IMG/VR virus record: IMGVR_UViG_3300024259_001623
DNA: 64,000 bases
Direction: 5' to 3' (one strand)
Source: a virus
Taxonomy: Duplodnaviria > Caudoviricetes
Shown here: positions 1-11,000 of the stretch, piece after piece
Numbering within the stretch: the stretch's first letter is position 1
How the letters are laid out: each line of letters starts with the position of its first letter
Position numbers and translations under genes: made by a program
The notes under the pieces: model-generated
The model's database searches: none
Seen by the model: only the letters and a program-made list of their open reading frames with translations
What the model was told of the DNA's origin: nothing

Positions 1-1
1 A

Positions 2-919
2 ACCTACTATACATTGATTAGAATCATTTACAAAAACCGTACTATTAGCTTCATCTATTAATCCACTATTAACCCCAGGAATAATAGATATTTCATTGAA
101 AAAGAACTGATCTACAGAGGAATATGTATATTTCAGGAATAGAGTCTGTTGCATCAAATTCAAAGATGCTATTTCTCCCAACAAACCATCATTAAACAAA
201 TCATCTTGATCTAAATCTAATTCCGCTGCTAATGTATCTAGTTGAGCATGAGTTAAAACACCTATATTAGTCAAATTCTTATGATTAATAATAGGCATTC
301 TTGTGCTATCAAACCTGCCAGATGTTATCTTAGACATATCGAAATCTTCTAATTTCGCACCTGGTAACTCATTTTTTGTATCTTTTATCAAATCTATTTT
401 AGATGGAGTTCCTCTATGTTTATGAGAATCAATTTCACTAGTAATAGATGCTTCAAAATCAACCATCTCTCTAACGCTATTATCTATAGATGTAATACCG
501 TTCTCAGATGTTACAACTGTAGCTATCAATATAGCTGTAGAGTTAGGAGCAGAAGCTCTAGTCACAAAAGATACCTTTCTATTTGTGACAGTAGACCCTT
601 CTTTGATGGCATAGATATTAAATGTAGAAGAAGGAGTCAAAGAATCTAGAGAGACTGCTGAAGACGTTTCAGAGGCCACAGAATCGATTATTCCCATCCC
701 GTTAGTAATACCTACCGATATCCCCTTAGTCTCGTTAAAACCGTTATCAAATACATCCCAACCTGAGATAGTTCCATTGCCGAATACAGAATACAATCCA
801 TATAGTTGTCTATCTATACTCGTAAATCTATCTATTTCTTTTTGTACATTGATCCCAAAATCTAAACGATCTGAAAAATCAAAAAACGCTAATTTATAAA
901 ATGGAGTCTTGCCTGCCAT
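2..919 (-). CDS. Tail-tip/baseplate-region structural protein, truncated by the window edge (not in the ORF track)
   Basis: Manual translation from ATG at 919: MAGKTPFYKLAFFDFSDRLDFGINVQKEIDRF...; the terminal segment (...IDEANSTVFVNDSNQCIVG) is open in the same frame to position 2; AAGGAG RBS upstream; lies after the tail-tip genes. Confidence 0.7.
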   Translation of the reverse strand, partial: MAGKTPFYKLAFFDFSDRLDFGINVQKEIDRFTSIDRQLYGLYSVFGNGTISGWDVFDNGFNETKGISVGITNGMGIIDSVASETSSAVSLDSLTPSSTFNIYAIKEGSTVTNRKVSFVTRASAPNSTAILIATVVTSENGITSIDNSVREMVDFEASITSEIDSHKHRGTPSKIDLIKDTKNELPGAKLEDFDMSKITSGRFDSTRMPIINHKNLTNIGVLTHAQLDTLAAELDLDQDDLFNDGLLGEIASLNLMQQTLFLKYTYSSVDQFFFNEISIIPGVNSGLIDEANSTVFVNDSNQCIVG

Positions 920-939
920 TATTTATTAACTCCTTATCC

Positions 940-1170
940 TTACTGTACGGTAGGAGGAACTGTGTTAGGACCACCAACTACATATTTAACTTCATCGGAT
1001 GTATCTCCATATCTCATAAACTGATTCGTCCCTAAACCTCTATAACCACTCAAGATAACATTTTTAGCCGTATCTGTGTCTCTATCTTTTATAATTAATT
1101 CTTCAACTCTTTTGTCTATGAAATTTTTTATTTTATCTACAAAAACATCTGTTTTTTCATTATTAGCCAT
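940..1170 (-). CDS. Small hypothetical protein in the tail-tip operon
   Basis: 76-aa ORF co-oriented and tightly packed between tail genes. Confidence 0.6.
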   Translation of the reverse strand: MANNEKTDVFVDKIKNFIDKRVEELIIKDRDTDTAKNVILSGYRGLGTNQFMRYGDTSDEVKYVVGGPNTVPPTVQ

Positions 1171-1215
1171 AAATTCACTCTCTATATACTTTGAGCCTAT
1201 TGAATATATTAAAAA

Positions 1216-4200
1216 TTATGAGTACGTTTCCTCTGACCCATACCATTCACCTTCAACATTTTGCCACCATAAATTCTTTTGAGGGTCTATTTCTGAACTA
1301 ACATTAGTTATAATTATATTTTGACCATCAACATTTGCTATATCAAAACATCTAGCAGGAACTCCATAACTTTGAAATTTATAAACAATAGGAGCCTTGA
1401 AGAATTTTGAATAATGATCAGCCAATGCTTGTAAAGTATTCAAACTGCCGAATATACCTTCTTGCTGCAAATATACTTTCTTATATCCAAGGAACCCTGG
1501 AGAAGAACTATCATAAATAGATTCCCAATTAACCTTGTCATAAATAGCTAATTCTCTTTCAGGTGTAGAAGTCATTAAGTGAATAATATTAAAAGTATCT
1601 GAAACCGTTCTTTGTCTAACAATATTATCGAATATTAATTGACCGGCACCATCAGGACTTCTAGTATACTGCCATAAAGGTTCTACATCATTTGCTTCTC
1701 CACCACCATATAAATATTCATCATATGGTAAATTCTCATAATGAAAAACTCCATACGAATCAAAAAATGCAACCTTTCCTGCTTTTTTGGTTATTTTCTG
1801 TATAACCTGCCAATATGGAGTTCCATCCTGGAATTTGAAAAATGCCTCTTTCAATCTTGCATAAGAATTAGGCAAAACATAAACAGTATTGAAACTTCCT
1901 CTTCCGTCCTGCGTCTGCAATCTAACTTCTGTTAAATCTGTACTAGCTAGTTGCTTCAATAATGACGCTGGACCAGCGTTACCTGTGTCTCCTACCTCAG
2001 TATCTTTCATTCCAACCATCTGCAATAATGTATATATTGCATTAGTATCTCTCATACCATCCAAAAATGGAGAATTAAATATATATGATTCCTGTAATAT
2101 CTTAGTGTAATCTACTATCTGACAAGACATAGTTCTCCTGCCAGCACTTTCATTTATGGTTCCTCCTAAACATAAACCAGTAAATAATTTATATCCCTCG
2201 TTTATATTCAATTTAGTATAATTACAATCTAAATATCCTGCATATACTTCTATATAAAATGCTCTATTTCTCAAATTATATAATTTATTAACAACATCAT
2301 CTGAAGATTCCATACCTTTATTCAATAGAAATTCAATTGTTGCTGAATGATTCATAGAGTGAAAATCTGATGATGAGTAACTCTCACTATATTTCATCAC
2401 CAAATCAGTCGCGTCAATAGCATCTACTTCCCAAGCATCTTCCCTATTAGGAACAGCAACCATTCTAAAATTAGTTAAAATAGGTGTTTTACAAGCATCT
2501 AAAATCCATCCTCCTTCCATATCATGACCACCGGCAGTCATTTTAGCCTTAATATTATACGAGAATGTATGTTTATATCCCTGCTTTTCTTCATCTACCT
2601 GTACATTTTGAGCCTCTAATTCTATTTTAGAAGCGAATTCATCTTCAGGTTTCTTAGTTACTTCATCTTTTTCACCAAATCCCCCCGAAGCTTTTATATA
2701 CTTTCCTAATATAATATAATGACTTATAGCGTCTGACTGCAACTTACTAGCGTTGACAGTCCCAGAATCTACATTCATTCTAAATTTAATCTCAGATACA
2801 ATTTGAGCATCACATGTAAATAATGGATCTCTATTGGATGACTGCGAATTATCATTAGATGATTCATTTATGTCAAGGTCTTGTTCTCCATTTGCTGCAT
2901 CTTCTGTTGATTCTGTTTCTGCGTCTTCGCTACTATTGCTGGCTCCGCTATTAGCAGAACCTTGTCCACCGATATCTATATTAGAAAGTAAAGCATATCC
3001 CGTTTCTGATCCAAAAAACGGCAATTCATATTTAGGAATTTTTTCAGTTACTTCTAGCTCTTCGTCTTCTCCTTCTCCAGTTGTAGAAGTAGTAACTTTT
3101 ACTTCTGATTCTGTTTTCATTTGAGGAGGTAAAAGTATATCGCCTGTTTTTTTATATTGCAGCGGTGAGAAACAAAAACTAGAAGATATATTTCCTCCCC
3201 AAACACCTATTATAGCCGAAGGTACAACTAAAAAATTATTTTTACTAACATCTTCATTATTTGGTTCATCATTGACTTTTTTAAATCTATTAACAATTGG
3301 TCCTGGAGGATTAATAATCCAAGGGTTTTCTCTATCTCCGTCAAAATAAACAACTATAGATCCTAAATGGTTTCTGACCGTCATTGTCCATTTATCTTTA
3401 TTTATTAAGGCATCTCCTATAAACTTATCATATACTCCTAGATTATATGTTATAGCTTTACCTTGTTCATTTCTCTTCATTAAAACACAAGTTGGATAAG
3501 CTTTTTGAGTAAAAATAAAGAACAATATATCTTTATCTTCATTTGGCCCTATTTCTACGACATAATAAGCTTGTTTATTGAAATCGTAAATTTTTCTACT
3601 ATCTTCAATAGCTTTATATTCTTTGACCTTTATTGTTTTTTTTGACTCTTCTTCTATCTTTTCTTTAAAAACAGTTTCATACCTAACAACTGCTTGATTT
3701 GCAGGAACATCTTCTCCATCTGCAACATAATTAGCATCTAAGAAGAAATAAGGATAATCATCTCCCCTTTCATAATACAATCTACTATACGAATTAAACT
3801 TTTCTGAATCAATATTAGATAAATCTGTTGCTATTGTATTTTTTCTAAAAGTAATAAAAAAATCTTCGCCAGTGAATAAAGGTTCTTCTTTTTCTGCTCT
3901 CCAATGTATACCTTTTTCATTATCTGGATTAGATGAATGACTTCCTATATATAAAACATTAGAATCTTCGACCTCATTATCATTCTTCTTTGTAACATCT
4001 TCATTCTCGGTTTCAGGATTATCCATAGCCTCATTATGTCTTATATAACGCCATAAAGCCCTATTCTTAGCTTCACTCGGATCGACATTAGAACCGTCTA
4101 AAGGGCCATGTAGAAAATCATCAAATACACTGTTAGTAGCATTAAATGTTTGTTCTGTTTTATAAATTGGCTCAGTATCTGTTATTTCTGGATAAATATT

Positions 4201-4554
4201 TTCTACTTCTTTGTCTTTAACTTTCAAAAAATTAGATCTATATCTATAAATCTCTCTTAGATACATACCATTTAAACCAGGGATAGATACAAAATTATCT
4301 CTATCTTCATCTCTAAAAGTCTTCACAGTTTCATCGTTAAATGTGATATTATCTTCTACAAGAAACTTCTGCATCATAGGACAAAAAGCATTGATCAGGC
4401 ATATCATTGCTACATTGCCAGCATTATAATTCATAAATCCATCAGAATGCTTATCCTGCGGGATACCCGGGATATCATTCTGTACAGATAAACCTTTTGG
4501 TGGCTTAGAGCTATTGCCATCTGGTGATTGAGGAGTTTGATTATCAGTTGCCAT
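1216..4554 (-). CDS. Large tail-tip/hub-like structural protein
   Basis: 1112 aa, downstream of the tape measure; C-terminal third (YIEVYAGY...KLFTGLC...TMSCQIVDYTKILQ...QKITKKAGKVAFFDSYGVFHY) resembles hub-type tail-tip proteins. Confidence 0.55.
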   Translation of the reverse strand: MATDNQTPQSPDGNSSKPPKGLSVQNDIPGIPQDKHSDGFMNYNAGNVAMICLINAFCPMMQKFLVEDNITFNDETVKTFRDEDRDNFVSIPGLNGMYLREIYRYRSNFLKVKDKEVENIYPEITDTEPIYKTEQTFNATNSVFDDFLHGPLDGSNVDPSEAKNRALWRYIRHNEAMDNPETENEDVTKKNDNEVEDSNVLYIGSHSSNPDNEKGIHWRAEKEEPLFTGEDFFITFRKNTIATDLSNIDSEKFNSYSRLYYERGDDYPYFFLDANYVADGEDVPANQAVVRYETVFKEKIEEESKKTIKVKEYKAIEDSRKIYDFNKQAYYVVEIGPNEDKDILFFIFTQKAYPTCVLMKRNEQGKAITYNLGVYDKFIGDALINKDKWTMTVRNHLGSIVVYFDGDRENPWIINPPGPIVNRFKKVNDEPNNEDVSKNNFLVVPSAIIGVWGGNISSSFCFSPLQYKKTGDILLPPQMKTESEVKVTTSTTGEGEDEELEVTEKIPKYELPFFGSETGYALLSNIDIGGQGSANSGASNSSEDAETESTEDAANGEQDLDINESSNDNSQSSNRDPLFTCDAQIVSEIKFRMNVDSGTVNASKLQSDAISHYIILGKYIKASGGFGEKDEVTKKPEDEFASKIELEAQNVQVDEEKQGYKHTFSYNIKAKMTAGGHDMEGGWILDACKTPILTNFRMVAVPNREDAWEVDAIDATDLVMKYSESYSSSDFHSMNHSATIEFLLNKGMESSDDVVNKLYNLRNRAFYIEVYAGYLDCNYTKLNINEGYKLFTGLCLGGTINESAGRRTMSCQIVDYTKILQESYIFNSPFLDGMRDTNAIYTLLQMVGMKDTEVGDTGNAGPASLLKQLASTDLTEVRLQTQDGRGSFNTVYVLPNSYARLKEAFFKFQDGTPYWQVIQKITKKAGKVAFFDSYGVFHYENLPYDEYLYGGGEANDVEPLWQYTRSPDGAGQLIFDNIVRQRTVSDTFNIIHLMTSTPERELAIYDKVNWESIYDSSSPGFLGYKKVYLQQEGIFGSLNTLQALADHYSKFFKAPIVYKFQSYGVPARCFDIANVDGQNIIITNVSSEIDPQKNLWWQNVEGEWYGSEETYS

Positions 4555-4580
4555 AATGTATCCTTTTAAATCTTATTATA

Positions 4581-4588
4581 TTATCGTA
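4581..4588 (-). promoter_or_regulatory. Candidate promoter core TACGATAA
   Basis: Intergenic CGATA motif that recurs at seven gene starts. Confidence 0.3.
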
Positions 4589-4602
4589 ATTATTTATATA
4601 TT

Positions 4603-7464
4603 TTATTCATTATAATGAAATAAAGATGTAGGTAATAATTCAATATACCATAAATCATAGTCATCATTAAAATAAAAAGTTTTTAAAATACCTTTTCTAT
4701 CAAAATAAGCATCAGGCTGTATAAGAGATGCTACTCCCTTACTCGCCTTGCCACTAGTAGTCGGAGGTATAACCATAAAACCCAATTGCCCCAAGCCAGC
4801 CAATCTAATATTTTTATTTTTTTCTCCATTCTTCATAATATTAAATACTCTAATCTCTGTGTCTACGTCATCATTCTCTATAGCAACTTCATATGTTTTC
4901 ATCCAATCAGCTTTCATTTTTTTGACGAATAAAGAACTATAGACCCCAAATAATACAGCTATATCATCAGTTTGATTATCATATATAACCTGTATTGAAG
5001 AATTTGCATCTCCATCAATGATTGGTGTGGTTATTAATGGAAAATCAGTAGAAGTATCAACCCAATATAATTTATCATATGAACTTTTCATACCACACAT
5101 CAAATCTCCTCTTTTAAGATAGAATAATCTCAAATTACCATGTCTATCTATTATAGCAGAAAAAGATATATCAGCATCACTAAACGGCTCATTTAACATT
5201 GTATCTTCATCATAACCTTTACGCATTCTTACACCATCCTCAAAAGAATAATCACCAGCTATTTTACCTCCATCAATTACTGTTATTGGACTATTTCTCA
5301 AAGCTTTACCTTTATTAGAAAAATCTCCAAGACCAGTATCTTCAGATGCATCTCCTCCAACCGGAACAAATTCAGTTATATGCTTATATGCATCATCTAT
5401 ATCAAACAATGTAGAATCTATAGTTTTCATGCATAATAATTCATCATTTATAACAAAAAATAAATACATAAGTCCTGTTACAATATTATCAACAACAACA
5501 TGAGGTCTTCGAGCGGTTTCTTCACCGCTTAATCTTAATAAATCATAAAAAGCGTACCAAGATGTTCCATCATTATAAGATAAAGCACAAGATATATTTC
5601 CATCAATATCTTCATAAAATGTAAATAGTCTGCCAGCAAGATCATATGCTACACTAGACCTATTCCCTGTCGTTTTATATTTTTTAAAAGTTTCGCAACT
5701 TATAGATGTCATTTCTGCCTTTACCTGATTTCCACCACCTTGAATTCCAAGACGACCAGCTTCAGAATAGCTAGTATCAACAAAAGTTTCATCTGTAGAC
5801 GTGCTATTCAGCACATTTGTATTTATTTCATCAATACAATTAATTCTACATTGAGAACCAATTGTCAACAGCCTAAGATTCCAATCACCTTTTTGAGGCC
5901 ATTTAAATTTTATACTTTTTACAAAAGGATAAGATGACAATTCTAATATTTTGGGATTGCCTGTAAGTGTAAAACTACTGACAGTATAAATATTAGGATT
6001 TTCTACTCCTGATTCTACTGCACCGCCCTCAGTAGCGATTGTTTTTCCAAATTTCCAAGCAACTTTTTCACTAATAATCTCATCAGCCCTTATAAAAGGT
6101 TTGCATTCTCCTACTGTATAAGAGATTGTACCTGTAAAACCATCATTATCGAAACACAACTCATGAACTTTTGCTCTATCAGAGAAAGGGGGAACAGGGT
6201 TTGCCAAGTTCACGATAGTGAAAAGAGCTTGAACTTCGGAATGACTTAATCCCCATTTAGACCATGAAGGATAAACTTCATCTTCTATTTTATGATAACT
6301 TATACTATTATATTGCCATTCAGGACAACTCAATGCGGCATAATTTCTATTTGGTCTTTCTATTACGGATATATTTCCTAGTATTCCCTCTTCCCCAGAC
6401 GAACTACTTGATGAACTAGAACTACTTGATGAACTAGAACTACTTGATGAACTAGAGCTAGAACTTATAGCAGGCGAACTCTCAGAACTAGAAGAACTGG
6501 AACTAGACGTTGAACTAGAACTTGAACTTGACGAACTAGACGAGCTTGAAGATTCTGAACTACTAGACGAACTAGACTGATCGCCAGACGAACTCTCACT
6601 CGAACTACTGGACGAGCTAGGACTACTTGAACTACTGGACGAGCTAGGACTTGAACTACTGGACGAGCTATGAGAACTGCTAGACGAACTTTCAGAACTG
6701 CTAGAACTTTCAGAACTTTCAGAACTGGACGAACTTGGACTACTGCTAGAAGAGCTTGGAGAACTACTAGATGAACTTGGACTGCTACTAGATGAACTTG
6801 GAGAGCTACTAGATGAACTAGGACTGCTACTAGATGAACTAGAGCTACTTACGGCCGGTGATGATGACGAACTTGACGAGCTACTAGAACTATTAATTTC
6901 ATCCAATTCCATCCTGTCAAGATTGAAATTATGTAAAGCAGACCCATTTGAAGTATGGACAATACGAACAATGGCATCTCCGCTATCGTAATAATTCGAA
7001 GATGTCATCTCAAAACTATAAGATTCTTTACTGCCAGTGCTTATAAAATCACGTATATCAGTCGTTAAATTGTCCCAATCACTTGCTATATAATCCCATG
7101 CTTGTATTTTAACAACATGCGCAGGATTTCCCTGATAATATCCATCAATTAAAATATTATTAGATTCGGTAGGAATGCCAGAAAAATTGAATCTATAATC
7201 GAATGCTGGCCCGAGGCCAGTAAACTCATCTAAAATCAAATAATTGTCATCATTGAATTTTACATCATATATGTCACCAGAATCAATTGATCCTTTGGTT
7301 ATTGTGAGAGAATGGGGATTACGCCATGTACTATTAGAGGAACTACTGCTAGACGAACTACTAGCATCGCCATCAAAATCTAATGGAGATATAGGAGCAT
7401 CTATACCCAGATTTGATGCGAATAAAGGGTTTCCAAGTAATCCATGAGTTAGTAGGCCCGCCAA
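4603..7464 (-). CDS. Poly-serine virion protein: jelly-roll-like domain, Ser linker, C-terminal region with an Asp-box
   Basis: 953 aa, TTG start after GGGAG RBS; 165-aa Ser-rich tract; Asp-box-like SYNDGTSW; located in the tail-tip operon. Confidence 0.6.
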   Translation of the reverse strand: MAGLLTHGLLGNPLFASNLGIDAPISPLDFDGDASSSSSSSSSNSTWRNPHSLTITKGSIDSGDIYDVKFNDDNYLILDEFTGLGPAFDYRFNFSGIPTESNNILIDGYYQGNPAHVVKIQAWDYIASDWDNLTTDIRDFISTGSKESYSFEMTSSNYYDSGDAIVRIVHTSNGSALHNFNLDRMELDEINSSSSSSSSSSSPAVSSSSSSSSSPSSSSSSPSSSSSSPSSSSSSPSSSSSSPSSSSSESSESSSSSESSSSSSHSSSSSSSPSSSSSSSSPSSSSSSSESSSGDQSSSSSSSESSSSSSSSSSSSSSTSSSSSSSSESSPAISSSSSSSSSSSSSSSSSSSSSSSGEEGILGNISVIERPNRNYAALSCPEWQYNSISYHKIEDEVYPSWSKWGLSHSEVQALFTIVNLANPVPPFSDRAKVHELCFDNDGFTGTISYTVGECKPFIRADEIISEKVAWKFGKTIATEGGAVESGVENPNIYTVSSFTLTGNPKILELSSYPFVKSIKFKWPQKGDWNLRLLTIGSQCRINCIDEINTNVLNSTSTDETFVDTSYSEAGRLGIQGGGNQVKAEMTSISCETFKKYKTTGNRSSVAYDLAGRLFTFYEDIDGNISCALSYNDGTSWYAFYDLLRLSGEETARRPHVVVDNIVTGLMYLFFVINDELLCMKTIDSTLFDIDDAYKHITEFVPVGGDASEDTGLGDFSNKGKALRNSPITVIDGGKIAGDYSFEDGVRMRKGYDEDTMLNEPFSDADISFSAIIDRHGNLRLFYLKRGDLMCGMKSSYDKLYWVDTSTDFPLITTPIIDGDANSSIQVIYDNQTDDIAVLFGVYSSLFVKKMKADWMKTYEVAIENDDVDTEIRVFNIMKNGEKNKNIRLAGLGQLGFMVIPPTTSGKASKGVASLIQPDAYFDRKGILKTFYFNDDYDLWYIELLPTSLFHYNE
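6397..6891 (-). repeat. Poly-serine coding tract with 18- and 21-bp tandem units
   Basis: 141 of 165 codons are Ser (manual count); three perfect 18-bp units gaactacttgatgaacta at 6401-6454; repeated SSSSSSP units. Confidence 0.95.
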
Positions 7465-7482
7465 TTAATTACTCCCGAAAAT

Positions 7483-8043
7483 TTAATCAGATTCGTTAAT
7501 AGGTACTCTGATAGTCGGATCTAATGCCGAATCAAGCTTGAACTCTGCAAGAACAGTTTCTCCATCATTTTGATATATCCTCAAAATAGTACCCACAACT
7601 TCTGACCTATTTACGGCTGCTGCACGGGCCAAAGAAAGTGCCGCTCCAATTGTTAATCCAGTCCCGACATCAGACTCATCATATTTTTGAGATAAATCTA
7701 TTCGAACAGGAGTTAAATCTATTTCTTGTCTGTAACAAGTTATATATTTATCCAAAGTTTCTTCAATTATAATTTGTACTTTATCTGATCCTTCTGCTAT
7801 AGCTTCGTCAGGAATATCTATTCTACATAATCCAGAACGTTCATGAACTACATAAATACCGTAAGGTTTATAAGAATCACATGACGACTGTAGTATAAAG
7901 GCTTTTTTTGTAACAGGAAGACATTTATCCCTTATATATGTTAAAAATACAAACTCTGATGGAAGTTTATAAATAGAGTTACCTTTTATATCTTTCAACT
8001 CAACATATATACTTTGACTTTTGGAACCAGCAGCTATTTTCAT
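7483..8043 (-). CDS. Tail-associated structural protein directly after the tape measure
   Basis: 186 aa; position; GAGGAG RBS. Confidence 0.55.
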   Translation of the reverse strand: MKIAAGSKSQSIYVELKDIKGNSIYKLPSEFVFLTYIRDKCLPVTKKAFILQSSCDSYKPYGIYVVHERSGLCRIDIPDEAIAEGSDKVQIIIEETLDKYITCYRQEIDLTPVRIDLSQKYDESDVGTGLTIGAALSLARAAAVNRSEVVGTILRIYQNDGETVLAEFKLDSALDPTIRVPINESD

Positions 8044-8060
8044 TATTTTCTCCTCTCGTA

Positions 8061-11000
8061 TTACGATGTTTTTCCTAAATCTATTTCAGCCAAGAATTGA
8101 GCCATCTTATTACCTGTAGCATCTCCAACTGCTTTTGCTATAGCTTCTGCCGAACTCAGCCCTGTAAAATCTATCGACACATTCAATCTAGAAGATACAC
8201 CGCTCCCAGGCCCTGCACTTTCTACAGCACTCTGCAAATTATCTTCCATAGCAGTATTAGGAACTCCCCTACCAGAACCAGTCACTCCAGACGTGCCTCG
8301 ACCTCCTACTGCTCCTGGCCCTTTGCCTACTTTGCCTCGGCGTCCAGTTCCTACAGTAGGAGCAGTTGTCGCACTAGTCGCTCCAGGCTGATTAGCAAGA
8401 CCAGCAGGGAATCTTCCCCTTATGGCATCAGTTATTCTAGTAGTTGATTTTTCATAAGTTTTTATTATTCCTTCTCTTAGTTCTCTTAGCATCTTATTAT
8501 TTTCGTCCATTTTAATTCCGACATCAGGAGCATATCCCTGCCCCCTTGTCCTGCCACCGTCAATAGATAAACCTCCGCCCTGAGTCGCTCTAAATCTTTC
8601 GGCATTTGTGAAACCTATTGGTCCCTCGCCTCTTCTAGCAACCGCACCACTCAATGCCGATCTATATTGCTGCATATATTGTAAACTTTGACGCATATTT
8701 TGATCAGAAGATATTCTCAATTTTGCTATACGACCAGAACCTATTGTTTGAGCGTTAATAGCGCTTACCCAACCATCTCTCATAGATTTAGCAACAGACG
8801 CTTCTTGTTGTAACATCTGAACGCTCTTGTTCTGCAATGCTAATCTTCTCTTTCTTTGTGTAATATTTTCTTCTTCTAGATTGTATCTTGATAGATGATC
8901 CTTTAGCTCTCTTTGAACCAATTCTCTCTGTTGTCTTATCATTTCTAACTGTTTCTGTCTCATTGCAACGCTAGCTCCAAGACCAGTTACCATATTATCC
9001 ATCAAACTAACCATATTAGAAGCATGTTGAGCTTCAGCGGCCAATACTTGTTCTCTTTCTCTATATTTTAAACCAACAGATAAAATAACTTCTTGTCTAT
9101 CTTTTTCCAATTTAGCAAGTTCTGCTGTAACATTCTTTTCTTTAATCTTTAACTGCAAATAAAGTTCGCCAGTTTTCTCTTCTTCTTTTAAAGTAGATAA
9201 CGCTTCTCTAGTAGCCTCTAAATCTTCTTGAGCAGCAGTAGATTGATTTTGTATCAACTTTATTCTATTCTGATAGGCTTTCTCGAACTGTGCCTCCCCC
9301 TTACCTGTTAAAGCAAAATATTGAGCAGCGGAATCAAGATCAGTTCTTCCAGCAGCCGCTAAATTCTTCCTTACACTCAACAATCTTCCAGTCTGATCAG
9401 ACGTAAAAGTGATAAGTTTAGCTCCTTGCATCTGAGTCTGAGCAATTTTTGCTTGTATATTATTAACCTTAACCATAGCTTGCGCGTATTCGATTCCATC
9501 TTTAGGTAATTGTCTGGCAAGGGCTTCAGCTTCTTTCAATTCGTGCTTTTGGACCTTAATCAAATGAACCAAATGAGCTTCCGTTTTCGCTCTATCCCTC
9601 GTAACTGTTCCTGACATCAATAAATTAAGATCTCTTCTGGCTTCTAATTCCGATCTGACAGACTGTGCAGCCGCACTCGACGCAGCAGATATTTTCTCTG
9701 CAAATACTAATTTCATTTTGTCAATATCTAATGCTTGTTTTGCCTGGTTTGCTGATTCGGCCTGTAATGCAGATATTTGAGCGTTTACGTCCTGCAAGCT
9801 TTTATCCGACATCAATTGAGCCATTTTTGTATCTTTTTCCTCTTTTGATATTGTTCCATTTTCGACAGCCATATCAATTTGCTTCTTCATAGCAGAAACT
9901 AAATTCTTACGCAAAGCGACTTGAATTTTCAAACTAGCTTGAGTCATAGTCCTAGCCTTAGCTATTCTTGTTTGAGAAACTGCTTGAGCCTCATAAGCTT
10001 TTGCAACATTGCCAGTTATAGCAGCAGCTTCAAATTCTGCCTGAGCAGCAGATGCCGCAGCAGATGCAGATTTTACATAGGCTTCTTTTAATTCTTTTTG
10101 TTGTTTTGCTATAATAGCTATTTGGGCTTCAAATTCTTGAGCTTCTTTCAATTTATCATTAACACCAGCATAAGCCTTTTGTCTCTCATCTACTATGGCA
10201 TTAATACTTCTTCCTAAAGTATCAGCCTTTGCTTGAACCATGTTTATTTCTTCTTCTGTGGCTTTTTCTTCTTTCTTTTTAGCGACTAAATCTGTAAGGA
10301 CTTGATGTTGTTCTTTCATATTCGCTAAATTCTTTACCGACAATTTACCAGTCAAATCTTTTTCTACTCTTGCCCTTATATCTGTAGAACTTGCGGCTCC
10401 TCCTCTAGCGCTAATCAATGCAGCCGCCGATTTACCTCCGATGCCGGTAACAGCAGCAGAACGAATCTCATTTAATCTCTTTCTTTTAGACTTTTCTCCA
10501 GAAGCCTTCGCTTGAGCTTCTTCCATTTCTCCAGAAATCTTGGCTTTAACTTTTGCAATTCTTGCCGCTTCAGCTTTAGCCTCTCTATCTTGTCTTCTTT
10601 TGCCTAATTGCATAATTCCGCCGACGAGAGTTGTATTAAACGCAGCCTTTGCACCTTTAGCTATCCATCCTCCTAATTTTTTAGCACCGCCGATCACGGC
10701 CTTGCCTATTTTAGTACTGGCAAAAGCACCACCTATCTTTTTAGCTATGGTAAAAGGCAATTTCTGTATTTTTAACCATGTTTTCCCAAGCCACTTAACT
10801 GCTCCCCAAACTTTACCGACAAGACCTTTTATACCATCCCAAATTATACTTCCAAGCTCTTTAATGCCTGACCAGAATGTACCGCCAGCATCTTTTATAT
10901 CCTTCCAAGCCTTTTTAGTTGAAGTTAAGACTTTCTTCCCTATTTCGGATTTACCCAATATAGTTTCAACACTAGCAGAAATATTTTTAAATTCCATAGC

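Noticed and set aside
6397-6891. Ser-tract or GKGMM repeats as CRISPR arrays or Borg-type repeats
   Set aside because: No unique spacers; repeats are in-frame coding; bacterial RBS, sigma factor, lipobox and PEP-CTERM argue for a bacteriophage.
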